Shown here one piece after another: positions 16,530-28,819 of a stretch of 64,000 bases of DNA. The DNA comes from the human T2T-CHM13v2.0 reference genome, Homo sapiens: the NCBI RefSeq assembly GCF_009914755.1, contig NC_060928.1. One strand, given 5' to 3'. The translations under genes and the position numbers were made by a program. Position 1 is the first letter of the stretch. Every line of letters starts with the position of its first letter. The notes beneath the pieces are model-generated. The model saw only the letters and a list, made by a program, of their open reading frames with translations. It did not search any database and was not told where the DNA came from.

Positions 16530-16640
16530 ATGAATATAAGGTCCATGAAGTCAGAGTGCTTTCTTTCTTTTCACTATGGCTGCACTCCCATTACCTAGTA
16601 TGACATCTGACCCATAATTGTTTGTTCAATGAATGAATCT
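16530..16640 (+). mobile_element. L2 3' end fragment
   Basis: AATATAAGGTCCATGAAGTCAG...TTTGTTCAATGAATGAAT resembles the L2 terminus. Confidence 0.6.
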
Positions 16641-16989
16641 ATAAATAAATATGAGCTACATCCTCATTCATAAAAAGATTGAATGAATAGAAAATCAAAT
16701 TGAATGTCTGGATTTAGAAAGAATTTTTAAGGAACATTTTCAATGATATCATTATAGAAAGTCTGTAGTAGGTTTTGTAGTGTTTTCCTGTTACATGTCA
16801 ATAATTTAGATTAATGAACTGAGCCAAACACAAATTTTATTGCAGTCCTAATGTATTTTATTATCTTAAATTTACTTTTTATTCATTAGATATAGTAAGA
16901 ACTGTTATTCAGATTTAATTTCTTTACAATTTGATATGATCTTCTTACATTACTCAGGAGTCCTAGACTTTTCTACAATATAGTAATTA

Positions 16990-17328
16990 GTCCCCACCTA
17001 AATCACACCTTGAATTGTAACAATCCCCATGTGTCAAGGGTGGGGAAAGGTGGAGATAACTGAATCATGGGGGTGGTTTTCTCCATACTGTTCTCATGGT
17101 AGTGATTAAGTCTTATGAGATCTTTTGGTTTTATAAATGGGAGTTTTCCCTGGACAAGATTTCTTGCCTCCCGTCACGTAAAATATGCCTTTGCTCCTCT
17201 TTCACCTTTGCCATGATTTTAAGGCCTCCTCGGCTATATAGAACTGTGAGTCCATTAAACTTTTTTCCTTTATAAATGACCCAATCTTTGGTATGTCTTT
17301 ATTAGCAGCATGAGAATGGACTAATACA
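16990..17328 (+). mobile_element. THE1C/THE1D-like MaLR LTR, first ~17 nt missing
   Basis: GTCCCCACCTAAATCACACCTTGAATTGT...TATTAGCAGCATGAGAATGGACTAATACA. Confidence 0.9.
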
Positions 17329-17624
17329 ATTGGCATGAAGATTTAGATATAGATACAAATAAATAGATACAGCGCTTGGCTTTCACTATTAAAGCACTGT
17401 ATCTCAACTACTTTCAGATACCTTGATAATTCCATTTATATCTAGTAACTTTCAAAATTATGTACTTTGAAGACTGGCAAAATAAGTAATAATTGATACA
17501 ATTAATTAAATATGAGCTACTGCTATGGTTTGAATATTCCTCCAAAACTCATGTTGAAACTGAATCCCCAATGTGACAGTATTGAGAGGTGGGGCTTTTA
17601 AGAGGTGACTGAAACACAGGGTTC

Positions 17625-18424
17625 TGAAACTGTCCCCCCAAAAAACTTTAAAAAATTGATAAAGGGGAAAAAAACAAGATTAACCAGGCTTGCAGCATAA
17701 TTAGCAGTAACCATTAAGCCAGCTCTCCCTTTGAACCAGTTTCTTGTAGCTGGTAGTTGCTTACTACCCTAGGAAAACAGCCCTTGTCACAAGATTCCTT
17801 CTTCTTTTTCTGTTCCATACATAAAATCTAAGATGTTGTGAGATGAATAGTTTTCCATTGAGTTTCTCTTTAGGTTTTGTATACCTATAAATTTACCCAT
17901 GCCAGCTGATCTGAAGAGCCCAGAAGAAAAGTGACTCATGGAAGAATGTAGCATCCACATCCTGATGATTTCATCCCCTCTACCATGACCAATCGACAAC
18001 CCCAATTTTCCAGCCCCTTGCCCTGAATGGTCCCCTTAAACACTCTTGCTCAGAAAGCATAAGAATGATATAATGGACTTTGGAGATAGGGGGTATGGTG
18101 GGAGGAATGTGAGTAATAAAAGACTATATACTATGTACAGTGTACACTGCTCAGGTGACAGGTGCACCAAAATCTCAGGAATCATGACTAAATAACATCT
18201 ATGTAACCAAAAACCACCTGTATGCCAAAATCTGTTGAAATTTTAAATTAAAAAAATTCTTGTCCAGAACCTGTTAGCAAAATGGATTTGAGGCTTGAGA
18301 ATTGTTCCCATTTCCTTGTTTGGCACCTTGTGATCATTAAACTCTTTCTCTACAGCAAACTCCACTATCAGTGTATTAATCTGTTGCTACACAGCAAGCA
18401 TATGAACTTGGCATCCCTGATACA
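17625..18424 (+). mobile_element. MER39-like ERV1 solo LTR, interrupted by L1PB
   Basis: TGAAAC...ATACA termini; perfect 4-bp TSD GTTC (17621-17624, 18425-18428); CCACATCCTGATGATTTCATCCCC core. Confidence 0.8.
18056..18251 (+). mobile_element. L1PB-type 3' fragment
   Basis: GCATAAGAATGATATAATGGACTTTGG...GTAACCAAAAACCACCTGT; TSD AAACACTCTTGCTCAGAA/AAAAATTCTTGTCCAGAA (14/18). Confidence 0.85.
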
Positions 18425-18789
18425 GTTCTGACCTCATGAACTAATTAATCCATCAATTGGTTAATGGAAAAATTGGTTCATAGAATAATGGGTCATCACG
18501 GAGATGAACTGGTAGCATTATAAGAAGAGAATGAGAGTGCTTAACCAATATATGAGCACACCCAGCCCCCTTGCCATGGGATGCCCTGTGCTGCCTTGGG
18601 ACTCCGTAAGAGTCTCTGCAAGCAAGAAGACTATCACCAGATGTGGCCCTGTGACCGTGGACTTCTCAGCCTTCATAACTGTATGAAATACACTCTTTTC
18701 TTTATAAATTATCCAGTTCTAGGTTTTCTATTATAATCAACAAAAATGGACTAAGATAGCCACTATATCTCATATAAAAACACAAAACA

Positions 18790-18945
18790 TGTCTCAGACA
18801 TTTTACATGTATGTAATATTGTCTCATTAGCAACACAAAATTCTCTAATATAGACACTGTATCCCTTTACTCATAGAGTAAAATACAAACACATGCACTT
18901 CTGCATCCATAGCAACTTGATTCCCATGGTCATATAGCTAATGTT
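18790..18945 (-). mobile_element. MIR fragment
   Basis: Weak antisense MIR core (...GCAACTTGATTCCCATGGTCATATAGCTA). Confidence 0.4.
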
Positions 18946-20040
18946 ACTCTACTGTAACTAATGAAAAACTAATAATAACTTGAACAATTAATATAATTTT
19001 GGAATTATGCTAAGTGTTTTAACTCTCACTGTCTCAACTTCTCAATTAATGTTAATATAAACTCAGGTGTTATTTAACTCCATTGTTCCTGGTCTCAACA
19101 ATTGAGCTGCTGTATGCCACAGGCAGAATTACAGCCTCGCTCTTTTGACTGTAAAGTTCATACTTGTTTCAGGATACAGGATAGATTTAAACATCCTGTT
19201 CATGACCTCACACTTAGATGTCATGTGTGAAATCCAAAAGTACAACTGGATAAGATATTATAGAAATTACATGTTTTATATTCAATTGCATAGAGCAATT
19301 AATTTAAAATACCTACATGAATAATTATTTACTCACATTAATAAATTCTAAGACCTAGATGTTAATTCAGGTTTAAATAAGTCTGTTAGGTTATTCAGCA
19401 TATGTATGTTTCTTTTATTTATATTTTGTCTTGGGGAAAACTATCATTATTTCCTTTCATAAATACTTTTGAGTTTCTTTTTTCTGGTTGAATAACACAA
19501 AAGAATAAATGTAAACTTTGCTAGTGTAATGATTCTATTATCTTGTTTTAGTTTAAGTGCAAATTTCATAAAAGGCTCTTCCTAGGAAAATAAAATTAAT
19601 CACTCCTATTAATCTCTGGAAATTAAAGATCTTCAAGAAGAGAGTAAAAATTGTGGAGCTCATAAGAAAGTTTGAAATTCACTTCAAATGTAATTCTCTT
19701 AAAAATAACTTATTTCATTTGATAGGTTAATATTATTATGGGTTTCCTTGACTTACAATATAATATTTATCCTTCATACACATTTTTCTACCTACTTATT
19801 TAACAAAACTGAGTTATAATACAGGAAAAAATATTTTTAAATATTTTACCAAGAATGCTTGAAAATGTGATTCAAATGTTTGAATGTTTCTTGTGAAAAC
19901 AGTTCTTATTTGGGTGTGAGGATATAGCTTTTGATTGCTAATAACTCATCTTTATATGCCAATTGCTTTGCAGTCTAAAATTATGACAGATTTTTTTTTA
20001 GTAAAAAATCATCTGGCAAAATGTAGATTCACCATTTTAA

Positions 20041-20096
20041 ACACACGCACACACACACACACACACAGACACACACACATATACACACACACACAC
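20041..20096. repeat. Interrupted (CA)n microsatellite
   Basis: Read directly. Confidence 0.9.
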
Positions 20097-20363
20097 AACA
20101 AAATTGCATGTTTCTCCCAGAAAATACAAACCATGTTCACAGTGGAAATCATAATTCAAATCATGTTGGCTATTTGTCTAGTGGAAAAAAAAATCAAAGA
20201 TAGAAAAACTCTTGACGCACTACTTGAACACTATAAGTAAATTTGATGAAAAAAGCAACAGGTTTGTATCCCGGTGAGTATATCAGAGACACCTGGGGAA
20301 ATTTTTCAAAAGAAATATATCCAAAAACCGATAATGCTTTGGCTTTAGCATGTTATGGAGAAG

Positions 20364-20364
<1 letters not shown>

Positions 20365-20410
<46 letters not shown>
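20365..20410. repeat. Perfect (AC)23 microsatellite
   Basis: 46-bp uninterrupted run. Confidence 0.97.
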
Positions 20411-20412
<2 letters not shown>

Positions 20413-21039
20413 GCAGTTTGAAAAACAGGGAGAAAACAATGCAAGAAAAGGCAAAGAAAGCAAGTTTTTCAATTAAAAAATTAATCTATCGTTCTACGAA
20501 AATTGAAATTTTAATAAGTGAAAGGAACTCAGCTGGACATAATGGCAGCTCTGAATGTGACTGCAATTTAGCTCATGTAGTGTTTGAATAGTCAAAATTT
20601 CTGGATAAAGTGCTTAGCATTCGTTGCTGATTTATTTCTTTTTTCATAAATGACCTTAATGTGAGAAGAGGCAGTCTAGTGGAAAGGATATGGAGATTGG
20701 AGTGTATGGGGTTGAGTTATATCCCTGAAAATCTTGGACAAACTGTAGCTTCTCTGTTTATATTTTCCCATGTCTCTAACTCCTCTCAGTTCCAGGCTTT
20801 GCTAGAGCTGAAACAACAACAAAATCAAAAATCAGCTGGACATTTAATAAAATGCTATCAGCATATACAAAAATTTGATTATAGTGAAAGAACTTCAGTC
20901 AGGTCTTTAGCCTTTGCTTAATCATGAATTAATATGTTGCTCGTTGTACACATCATGACATTTCACCTTTGGGCATCTTAAATTTTGTATTTCTGAAAAT
21001 TGGGATTTGGAGTAAGTTGATTATACTTAACTAGGAATA

Positions 21040-21195
21040 AGAACCAAATCACTAATAAAATTTTTCAACATGCCCACCCCACCTCCCTTCTTTCTCAAAA
21101 AGTCATAGAGGTTATGTTATTTAATTTGGACTGGGTGGGATTAGGATATACATACACTTTGAAAAAATTCCCCCAGTGTCTCTGATATACTCACT
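21040..21195. mobile_element. MER5-type hAT-Charlie fragment, flanked by MIR/MIR3 remnants (~20890-21255)
   Basis: TTTAATTTGGACTGGGTGGG...AAAAATTCCCCCAGTGTCTCTGAT; MIR3-like end AAGGTTCTTTTCAACTCTCAATATTCTATGAT. Confidence 0.45.
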
Positions 21196-21279
21196 GGGAT
21201 ATGTACCTCTTGACTTCTATAAGGTTCTTTTCAACTCTCAATATTCTATGATGCTGTGGTATTCAAATGGAGCTACAGG

Positions 21280-22620
21280 AAATTTCTTCTGCCCAAAATG
21301 GAGTAACTGTAGCAAGATTTACTCCATCTAAAAAAACTGGAAAAAATTAAACATAAAAATATATGGAAAAACAATTTCAACATATTGTTTATCAGCTAAC
21401 AAAAGACAGTGATCCCTGAAAGATGGGTTACAGTAAGGTATGACCTAAAATGCTGAAAAACTGCCTAGAATGAGTTTCCAGGCAATATCAAAATGAAGGG
21501 GAACTCATAACTTGCAATATATGCAAACATTAATTCAAAATGGATCATAGAACTGAAATATAAAATGTCAAACTAAAAGAGAGATAACTTGTTGTAATAT
21601 TTGGTTAAGGTAAGAGTTCTTAGAAAAGCACAATCCAAAAAAGAATAATTGATAAGTTGAACTTTCAAAAGATATTTTTAATAAAATGCAAAAATCAAAC
21701 TAAGAGAACATATTCAAACCAGCTATCTGAAACAGTACTTATAGTTTAAATAACAACACTCAAAATAAAAGAATAAGCAAACATCCTTTTTCCAAAATAT
21801 GTTAGAAGACATTTCAACAAAGAATGGCAAATAAACATCAGTAAAGACGCCTAACACCATCATATCATTAGAAAAATGCAAAATAAAATCACAACATGAT
21901 ACCACTACACTCTTACTAGAGTGGCTGAAATTTTAAAAGATTGACCTAAGCAAGTGTTGGTGAAAGTGAAAGGTAAATTGAACTTTGATAAACTAGTAGA
22001 AATGCAAAATGATAACTTTGAAAAAAAAGTTAGAAGCTTTTTCAATCATTAAACATTTACCTATTATGTGATCCAACGATTTTACTCTGACTTATTTTCC
22101 AAAGAAGAATGAAGGCACATTTTCATACAAAGGAATACACATGATGTTCACAGATGTTTCATTTTTAGTAGCAAAAAACTAGAAACACAGAGGTCCAATG
22201 ACATGGGGATAAATAAACGCATTTTGACCCATTTATATGATGAAATACTGTTAAGAGAATTGAGTGAATTCATGATAGATACAACAAGATGAATAAATTT
22301 CAAAAAAATTATATTGAGAGAAATAAGTCAGACAAAAACGTATATGTACTATATTATTAAATTTATGTAAAATTCTAGGAATTGCAACAATTGTATTGTG
22401 ATGGAAAATAGGTCAGTGGTTGCCTGGGTAGGAAGGATGAAAAGGAAAGATAAAAAAATTACAAAAAGGCATGAGAAAACGTTAGGGTATATTCTCTATG
22501 TTGAACATGCTCTCTGTCTTGATTGTGGTGATGGCTTCATGAGCAAATACATATTTCAAGATATCAAATTATATACCTCCGTATGCTAATATTTTGGAAT
22601 ATATTCAGAAATAGTATAAT
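21280..22620 (+). mobile_element. L1ME/L1MD: 5'-end fragment (~21280-21500) joined to the ORF2 3' end and 3'UTR
   Basis: AAAATGGAGTAAC...GACAGTGATCCCTGA...GAGTTTCCAGGC (L1M 5' end), then ATTAATTCAAAATGGATCATAGA...TCTTGATTGTGGTGATGG (L1ME 3' end). Confidence 0.7.
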
Positions 22621-22900
22621 ATTCACCTTCATGTAAACTGTTAAATAATGTAAGATTTTCACTCCCGTAAATTTTTATCATTTTATCATTTTGTATACTC
22701 TAATATGCTATATATGTAATACATAACATGATATACAAACATATCCAAAGAATATGTATATACACATATATATCTAGTAAGAAATTATATGTATATGTAT
22801 GTCATTTACTATTTTTGTCTCAAGATTCAGGATTTTACAAGGGCTAAATATTGCCCATAGTATTAAGGATAAATTCCTCCACTTAGCTTTTCAATTCTTT

Positions 22901-23475
22901 TGTAGTATGAATTGTTTATGAATGTGTACACTGGTCACTTACATAAGCTAAACACATGTCTCCAGAATTCTCTTCATTTGGTAATTCCAGGTTAGCTGGG
23001 GTCACAGACCTTTTGTGGATGATTTGGAAGACTGCAGTCAAGCTGCAGTTCATGAATATTGTTACTTATCGGCTGCCTTTCTGGTTGGTGTGGGCAACAG
23101 TAGGGACCACACATTTTCCGGTTCCCCAGGTTCCCTCTTAAGCTTCCTCAACAACTAGGCCAATGTTTAACTCCTTAACGAAGGATGCCAATTGCCCCCA
23201 CAAAGCCACCCATCACTATTTAGAGGTATTGAAAGACCCCTTCAGGTTGCAGGTCATCATCATGTGTTCTAACTTAGCCTTCTAAGGCATATCCTTGCTC
23301 TCCCGGATTCCTTTTTGTCTTCCCATCCCACAGCCTCCCCTGAGGACTACAGGTTCTAGAACTGGACTCAGAAACAACAGCCTCATGGAGACTGTTTCAC
23401 CAACTCCCAAATTACTTACAGTCAAACCCTTGTGGTTCGGTTTCTCTGGATAGTTAAAGATGCACTGAGGCATTG
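22901..23475 (+). mobile_element. Old ERVL LTR (LTR33/LTR41-like)
   Basis: TGTAGT start; CCAGAATTCTCTTC...CCAGGTTAG...GATTTGGAAG motif; TGGTTCGGTTTCTCTGG near the end. Confidence 0.5.
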
Positions 23476-25134
23476 TTCATTATCCAGTAAGGAATGAGGT
23501 CTCTTTCAGTGACGTTAGGCTACAAAAGCTCTACATTCATCATAGTCAAACATGCCTTTACACCTCTGCTCAACCTGGTCTCTTTACGTAGAGCCAAGTC
23601 ATTCTCCTCCATCTCCATGTAAAGGAATCCACTTTGCTTTTTTAAAGAACGTCTTTCAACCTCTTCCTTGAAACTATTATAGCCGCATTTGCTTTATTAT
23701 TCTATGTAATAGACCTAATATTCAATTTAAATTATTTGGGATTTAGGTATACACTATGTAGTTTGTTTGTCTTCTACATGTGATTGAAAGCTGGAAAAAA
23801 CTTTTATAATTATTTCTGTAGTGCTATTAGAAACACAGTGTGTAAGTCAATCAAATTATTTTGAGTATGAATACATACATAAATTATATTCCAGGTAAAA
23901 ATTCATTTTCTACTCTAGAAACCCCTCCCCAAAAAAAAAACACACACAAAATGTGATCATTCATATAGGAAAGGTCCCCCAACAGAGTCTGGGAGTGGGA
24001 AGAGTGAGTGAAAGTCTTGAAATTATGAGAAAAATAATATTGGAAGAAAAACATATTAAATTTCTATACTTCTTTTAAAATAATTTGAGTATTATATCTT
24101 ACAATTTAAAAAGTGTAGAGTTAGTGATATTACTTCAAAATTAATTTTAAAGCCAAAGAATCTGAAGTATTATATTGCTGCTCTATTTGTTTCCAGATAT
24201 GAAGTTATCTATAGGCAAAGAACTGTAAGAAAGTAGACATCCCTGTCTAATGCAAAACGGAAATCCATTTACTACTGTCCTAATAAACATGCATTAATAA
24301 ACTTAAATTCCAAAAGTTAATGAAAACGTTTAGATCTAATAGATTTTGTTTTAACTTGAAGGGTCTTCCTGATTTACAAAAAGATTTAAACAAATTTCTA
24401 CATTCTGGTAGAGCAATTATTGAAAAACTGAGAATAACAAACATTTTCAGACTGGCTTTTGTGTATAATCCATTAGGCAGTTTTACGAGCATTTCTGACA
24501 CATTTATTCATTTCCTTACCATTAATTTGTGAAAAATAGCATGAAATAATAACTATGCTTGAGAGTCAAGAAAAAGAGGAAGACAGAATTCAGAAGAGAT
24601 AAAATAGGAATTTGAAAATAGAAATTTAAAGATTACATATGAGAAAAAATGCAAAAATAAACATAATGTCCCTGGTACTTCTATTTTATCCCTAAAACAT
24701 CTTAACTCCCCATATACTTATTTTCCATTTCAGGTGCTGAATTCAGATAGATGTTAGTGGATTGACTGTTAAACGAATTCATCATTCTCTTTCAATTCGT
24801 ACTGCTGGCAGAAGTTCACTAGTAGCTTATACATGAATTAACGTCTTCATTTTATTTTAATGTATTCTTTTAAGTCATTCACTTTCCTAGACCAGAGCTG
24901 AAATTAAAAGGTTTTTTCCCTTAAATTCAAATTGATGGCAACACGAGGCTTAAAACAAATTAAGAAATAATTGATGGTTAGCTTTTTATTTTAAGTCTAC
25001 TCAAGGTAAATACCTAAAAGATGAAATTCCTGAAGGTAGATAGATTAGAAGAATGAAACAAGATAATGTCAAGGTTTTTAAAAATACAATGTTAAAAGAC
25101 AAAAGAAACTAAAATGATCATAAGGTATTGTTGT

Positions 25135-25715
25135 ATTATTCCTGGACTGTAGAAACCACCTCCTAAATGATTCTCTGATTTCTACTGTCACTTTTTAAAA
25201 TCAATGCATGCACTACTTTTAATGCAAATTTAATGATGCCATTCTCATGTTAAAAAATCACTCAATGGGTTACCTTTGCTTTTGTGATAAATTCCAAAAT
25301 TCTTATTGTGGCTGGTAAGTCCCTGACAATGTAGAACTTGCCTTATTTCTCATTATTCTTCCTTTAATTATGATCTGTTCTTATGGTTAATAAACTGTTG
25401 TCTGTCTTAGAAACTTCATAAAGGATTTCTCTCTCCTCTAGAACTTTTCCACTATCTTGTCTTATGACTATGTAGATAATTCATACCTTAGCACTCAACT
25501 TAAACCTCATATCAGAGGAGGCCTCCTCAAATTTTCTGACTTCATTAAGACCCCTGTTATATGCCCTCTGGTCATGCTGTATTTTTCCTATATAGTGGTA
25601 TTTTATTCTCTACTATAATCATTAACTACATTATTCTTAGTGTTACATTTCCAATATTTAATATAGGGCATATAACGAAGAATGTAGTCAATAAAAGTGT
25701 GTTTAATTCACAAAT
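25135..25715 (+). mobile_element. L2 fragment
   Basis: CCTGGACTGTAGAAACCACCTCCTAAATG..., ATAAATTCCAAAATTCTTATTGTGGC, CTCAACTTAAACCTCA. Confidence 0.7.
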
Positions 25716-26174
25716 GACACTAATTAAACATTTTGATATCTTTATACCATGTTCCGTTTTAAGTTATACTTGTCCTTTTTATGAGAGAGATTTCTTATAA
25801 AGTAAAATATCTTTATTTGAAACTCATTACTGACAACTGGCAGATCGCTATGTAAATTCCTATTGCATATAAATCAGCATCGATGTTTACCTGGGAAAAG
25901 ATGATTTTCAAGACAAAATAGAGTGAACAAAATGGAAAGCAAATTATGATTGTAAGAATAGATGATGTATCTCTAGTGAAAAATTAATTTCTTCGTGTGT
26001 TAACTTTTAGGGAAAAAGTAGCAGGAGTTCCATATGTAGTTGGGTAAAAGTAAATTTTTGTCTTCCAGAAAAAGTTTTTAAACATAATATTAATATGACA
26101 AGAATGGAATTAAAACCATCAGTGTCAGAGAAAGTAGCAAGACTGAGGTGGTGGCAGAATTTGGGTCACAATTA

Positions 26175-26560
26175 ATCAAAGCAAGTTAACAAAGGCTAAC
26201 TGCTGTAAAGAGGAATTACAAATATCAGGGATTTAACAAAATAGTTGTTGATAGTCAAGTTCAGTGTGGATTCCCCTGGTAGAACAACCCTCCTGCAAGT
26301 GATGACTCTTGGAATTCCAGTCTCCTTGCTTCCTAAAACTCAGATATGTTCAACCAGTGAGTTCTAAGGTTGCTTTGGAAAGGGAAAAATTAGCATGGAA
26401 AAACATGGGGCAAATTTGGAAGCAGTATGCATCATCACTTTTGCCCTCTTTCTATTGGTGAAAACTCAACTAAATGGTCCACGTAACATCAAGGACTCTG
26501 GAAAGTAGACTTGTTATATACACCCAAGAAAATAAAATATATCTAGCTAGCATGTGCCAG
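26175..26560 (-). mobile_element. MLT1J/K/L-like MaLR LTR
   Basis: GGCTAACTGCTGTAA..., CATCACTTTTGCCCTCTTTCTATTGGTGAAAACTC, ...CTAGCATGTGCCA. Confidence 0.6.
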
Positions 26561-26614
26561 AAAACATTAGGAAAGCTGTAAAAGAAAATGAATAGTTAAT
26601 TATCTTTAACTATT

Positions 26615-26913
26615 TTTTAATTTTTTATTTTATTTTATTTTAATTTCTGGAGTACTTGTGCAGAACGTGCAGTCTTGTTACATAGGTACACATGTGTCAT
26701 GGTGGTTTGCTGCACCCATCAACCCATCACCTACCTTAGGTATTTCTCCTAATGCTATCCCTTCTCTAGCCCCCATACCCTCAGCAGGCTCTGGTGTGTG
26801 GTGTTCCCCTCCCTGTGTCCATGTGTTCTCATTGTTCAACTCCCTCTTATGAGTGAGAACATGCCATGTTTGGTTTTCTGTTCTTGTGACATGGATGAAG
26901 CTAGAAACCATAA
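26615..26913 (-). mobile_element. L1PA8-like 3' fragment with short 5' inversion
   Basis: T-rich tail and antisense 3'UTR up to 26887; sense L1 GACATGGATGAAGCTAGAAACCAT at 26888-26911; TSD TATCTTTAACTATT/TACCCTTAACTATT. Confidence 0.9.
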
Positions 26914-27702
26914 TACCCTTAACTATTAAGTTTAGTTAAATGTGAACATTTTATTATGAACTACTTAGAAAATCAGGATTTGATTAAATGGCTTAACACA
27001 AATTTGCAAAGATTTCCTCAAGTTACCTACTGATAGATTTCTTTTATAAGTTGTACAAAGCATGGTATTTTTATTGACTTCAAATATTTAGCTGCCTTTA
27101 GCTATAATGACTGAGGAATATCAGCTGGCCCCAACTGTTTCCTGCTTCCTGAGGCAAATCTTCTTTATATAGGCAAATATTTGGGTGTCAGTGGCAGAAC
27201 TAGAATGAGGTCTGGGGAAATAGCATCAAGGGGATGCTGGAGATTCCTGTCATCAGACTTTGCATCTCATATTTTAAATTCTAATTTTATTTATATTTGT
27301 TTAATTTTAACTTTTTTTATACTTAGAATTTTTAAGTCTCTCTTCCTTACTGGGTTATCTTGTAGTTTTAACTTGTATTGAGTTTTATTTGATTTTTATA
27401 GTATTCATTTTTATCATATAACTTTTAATAACTTTCTCTTTATTTGTAAATCTATGGTTTTAGATGTAGTCCTTGGTCATAGATACATCGTATAGATTGC
27501 CAACAAACTTATAACTTCAACTGAGAAACAATCCATTTCCTCTGTGGATGATTAGTATTATTATTTATAAATATGAGGAAGAGTTCTAAACCATCTCACT
27601 CTCTACAAACTTCCACTTACCAGTGGCCACTAATTGAATAACTTCCCAAATCTTCAGGATTGTTTTCCCTCTGGTATTTTCTTCATGTCCTATCTGAATC
27701 TC

Positions 27703-27705
<3 letters not shown>

Positions 27706-27745
<40 letters not shown>

Positions 27746-27768
27746 ACTCTTTCTCTCTCTTTCTCTCA

Positions 27769-27812
<44 letters not shown>

Positions 27813-27820
27813 CATCCATC
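27706..27820. repeat. Compound (TC)n + (TATC)n microsatellite
   Basis: Read directly. Confidence 0.93.
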
Positions 27821-27905
27821 CCAACCAAAGGCCTACCAGTAGTTAGCAACCGTCAATCACTTACTAAGCTTTTTCTTATTTATCCAGTGTTTCATCTTAG
27901 CCCTC

Positions 27906-28283
27906 TGTGTTGGTTAATACTGAGTGTCAACTTGATTGGATTGAGGGATACAAAGTAATAATCCTGGGTGTGTCTGTGTGAGTGTTGCCAAAAGAGATTA
28001 ACATTTGAGTCAGTGGGCTGGGGAAGGCAGATCTACCCTTAATCTGGTGGGCACAATCTAATCAGTTTCCAGGGACTATAAAGCAAGCAGAAAAACATGA
28101 AAAGGAGAGACAGGCCTAGTCTCCCAGCCTACATCTTTCTGCCACATGGATGCTTCCTGCCCTGGAACACTGGACTCCAAGTTCTTCAGTTTTGGGACTC
28201 CAACTGGGTCTCCTTGCTCCTCAGCTTGCAGACAGCCTACTGTGAGACCTTGTGATCATAAATTAATACTTAATAAACTCCCC

Positions 28284-28338
<55 letters not shown>

Positions 28339-28373
28339 TATTAGTTCTGTCCCTCTAAGAGAACCCTAATACA
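27906..28373 (+). mobile_element. MLT2A (MLT2A2-like) HERV-L solo LTR
   Basis: TGTGTTGGTTAATACTGAGTGTCAACTTGATTGGATTG...CCCTAATACA; perfect 5-bp TSD CCCTC (27901-27905, 28374-28378). Confidence 0.93.
28287..28336. repeat. Perfect (AT)25 inside the MLT2A LTR
   Basis: 50-bp run. Confidence 0.97.
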
Positions 28374-28819
28374 CCCTCCTTGCATTCCCTGAAAATCAAC
28401 GTATCAGATCTAGGTCTTCTGGTCTGGTGTCTGCTCTGGCTTTTTTCATATTACTAGTATAGACCAATGATCACTTTGACCCAGCCTAGCAGAAAATGAG
28501 TTTAGACAATCCATAGAAAATTCCCAAGTGGTCAAGCAAAAAAATACCAACCCCTAGAAAGGACAGATTGTGTTAGGAACAAAGAACATGAGAATATAAA
28601 GTAGGAAGAAAAAATGTCAATGAAACCTGGAAACTCAAATCTGAACATTTCTATTGATATTGAAAGAGAAGGAATGAGATAAAGAGATATTAAATTGGAT
28701 TATACATGTTCACTGTCTGTGTGAATAAAAATATGTGAAAGATCTAAGAAATCTCTTTTTAGTTTATTCACAAAGGAAATTTTATTTTCAAAAAACAATA
28801 AAGCAATATAAGAAAGCAA

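Larger units (their letters stand above)
17521..18758 (+). mobile_element. MSTC/MSTD-like MaLR solo LTR, interrupted by MER39
   Basis: TGCTATGGTTTGAA start (17521-17624), resumes at 18429, ends GGACTAAGATA; 5-bp TSD GCTAC/GCCAC. Confidence 0.85.

Noticed and set aside
19935-20591. His/Thr-repeat ORFs
   Set aside because: They are translations of (CA)n microsatellites.
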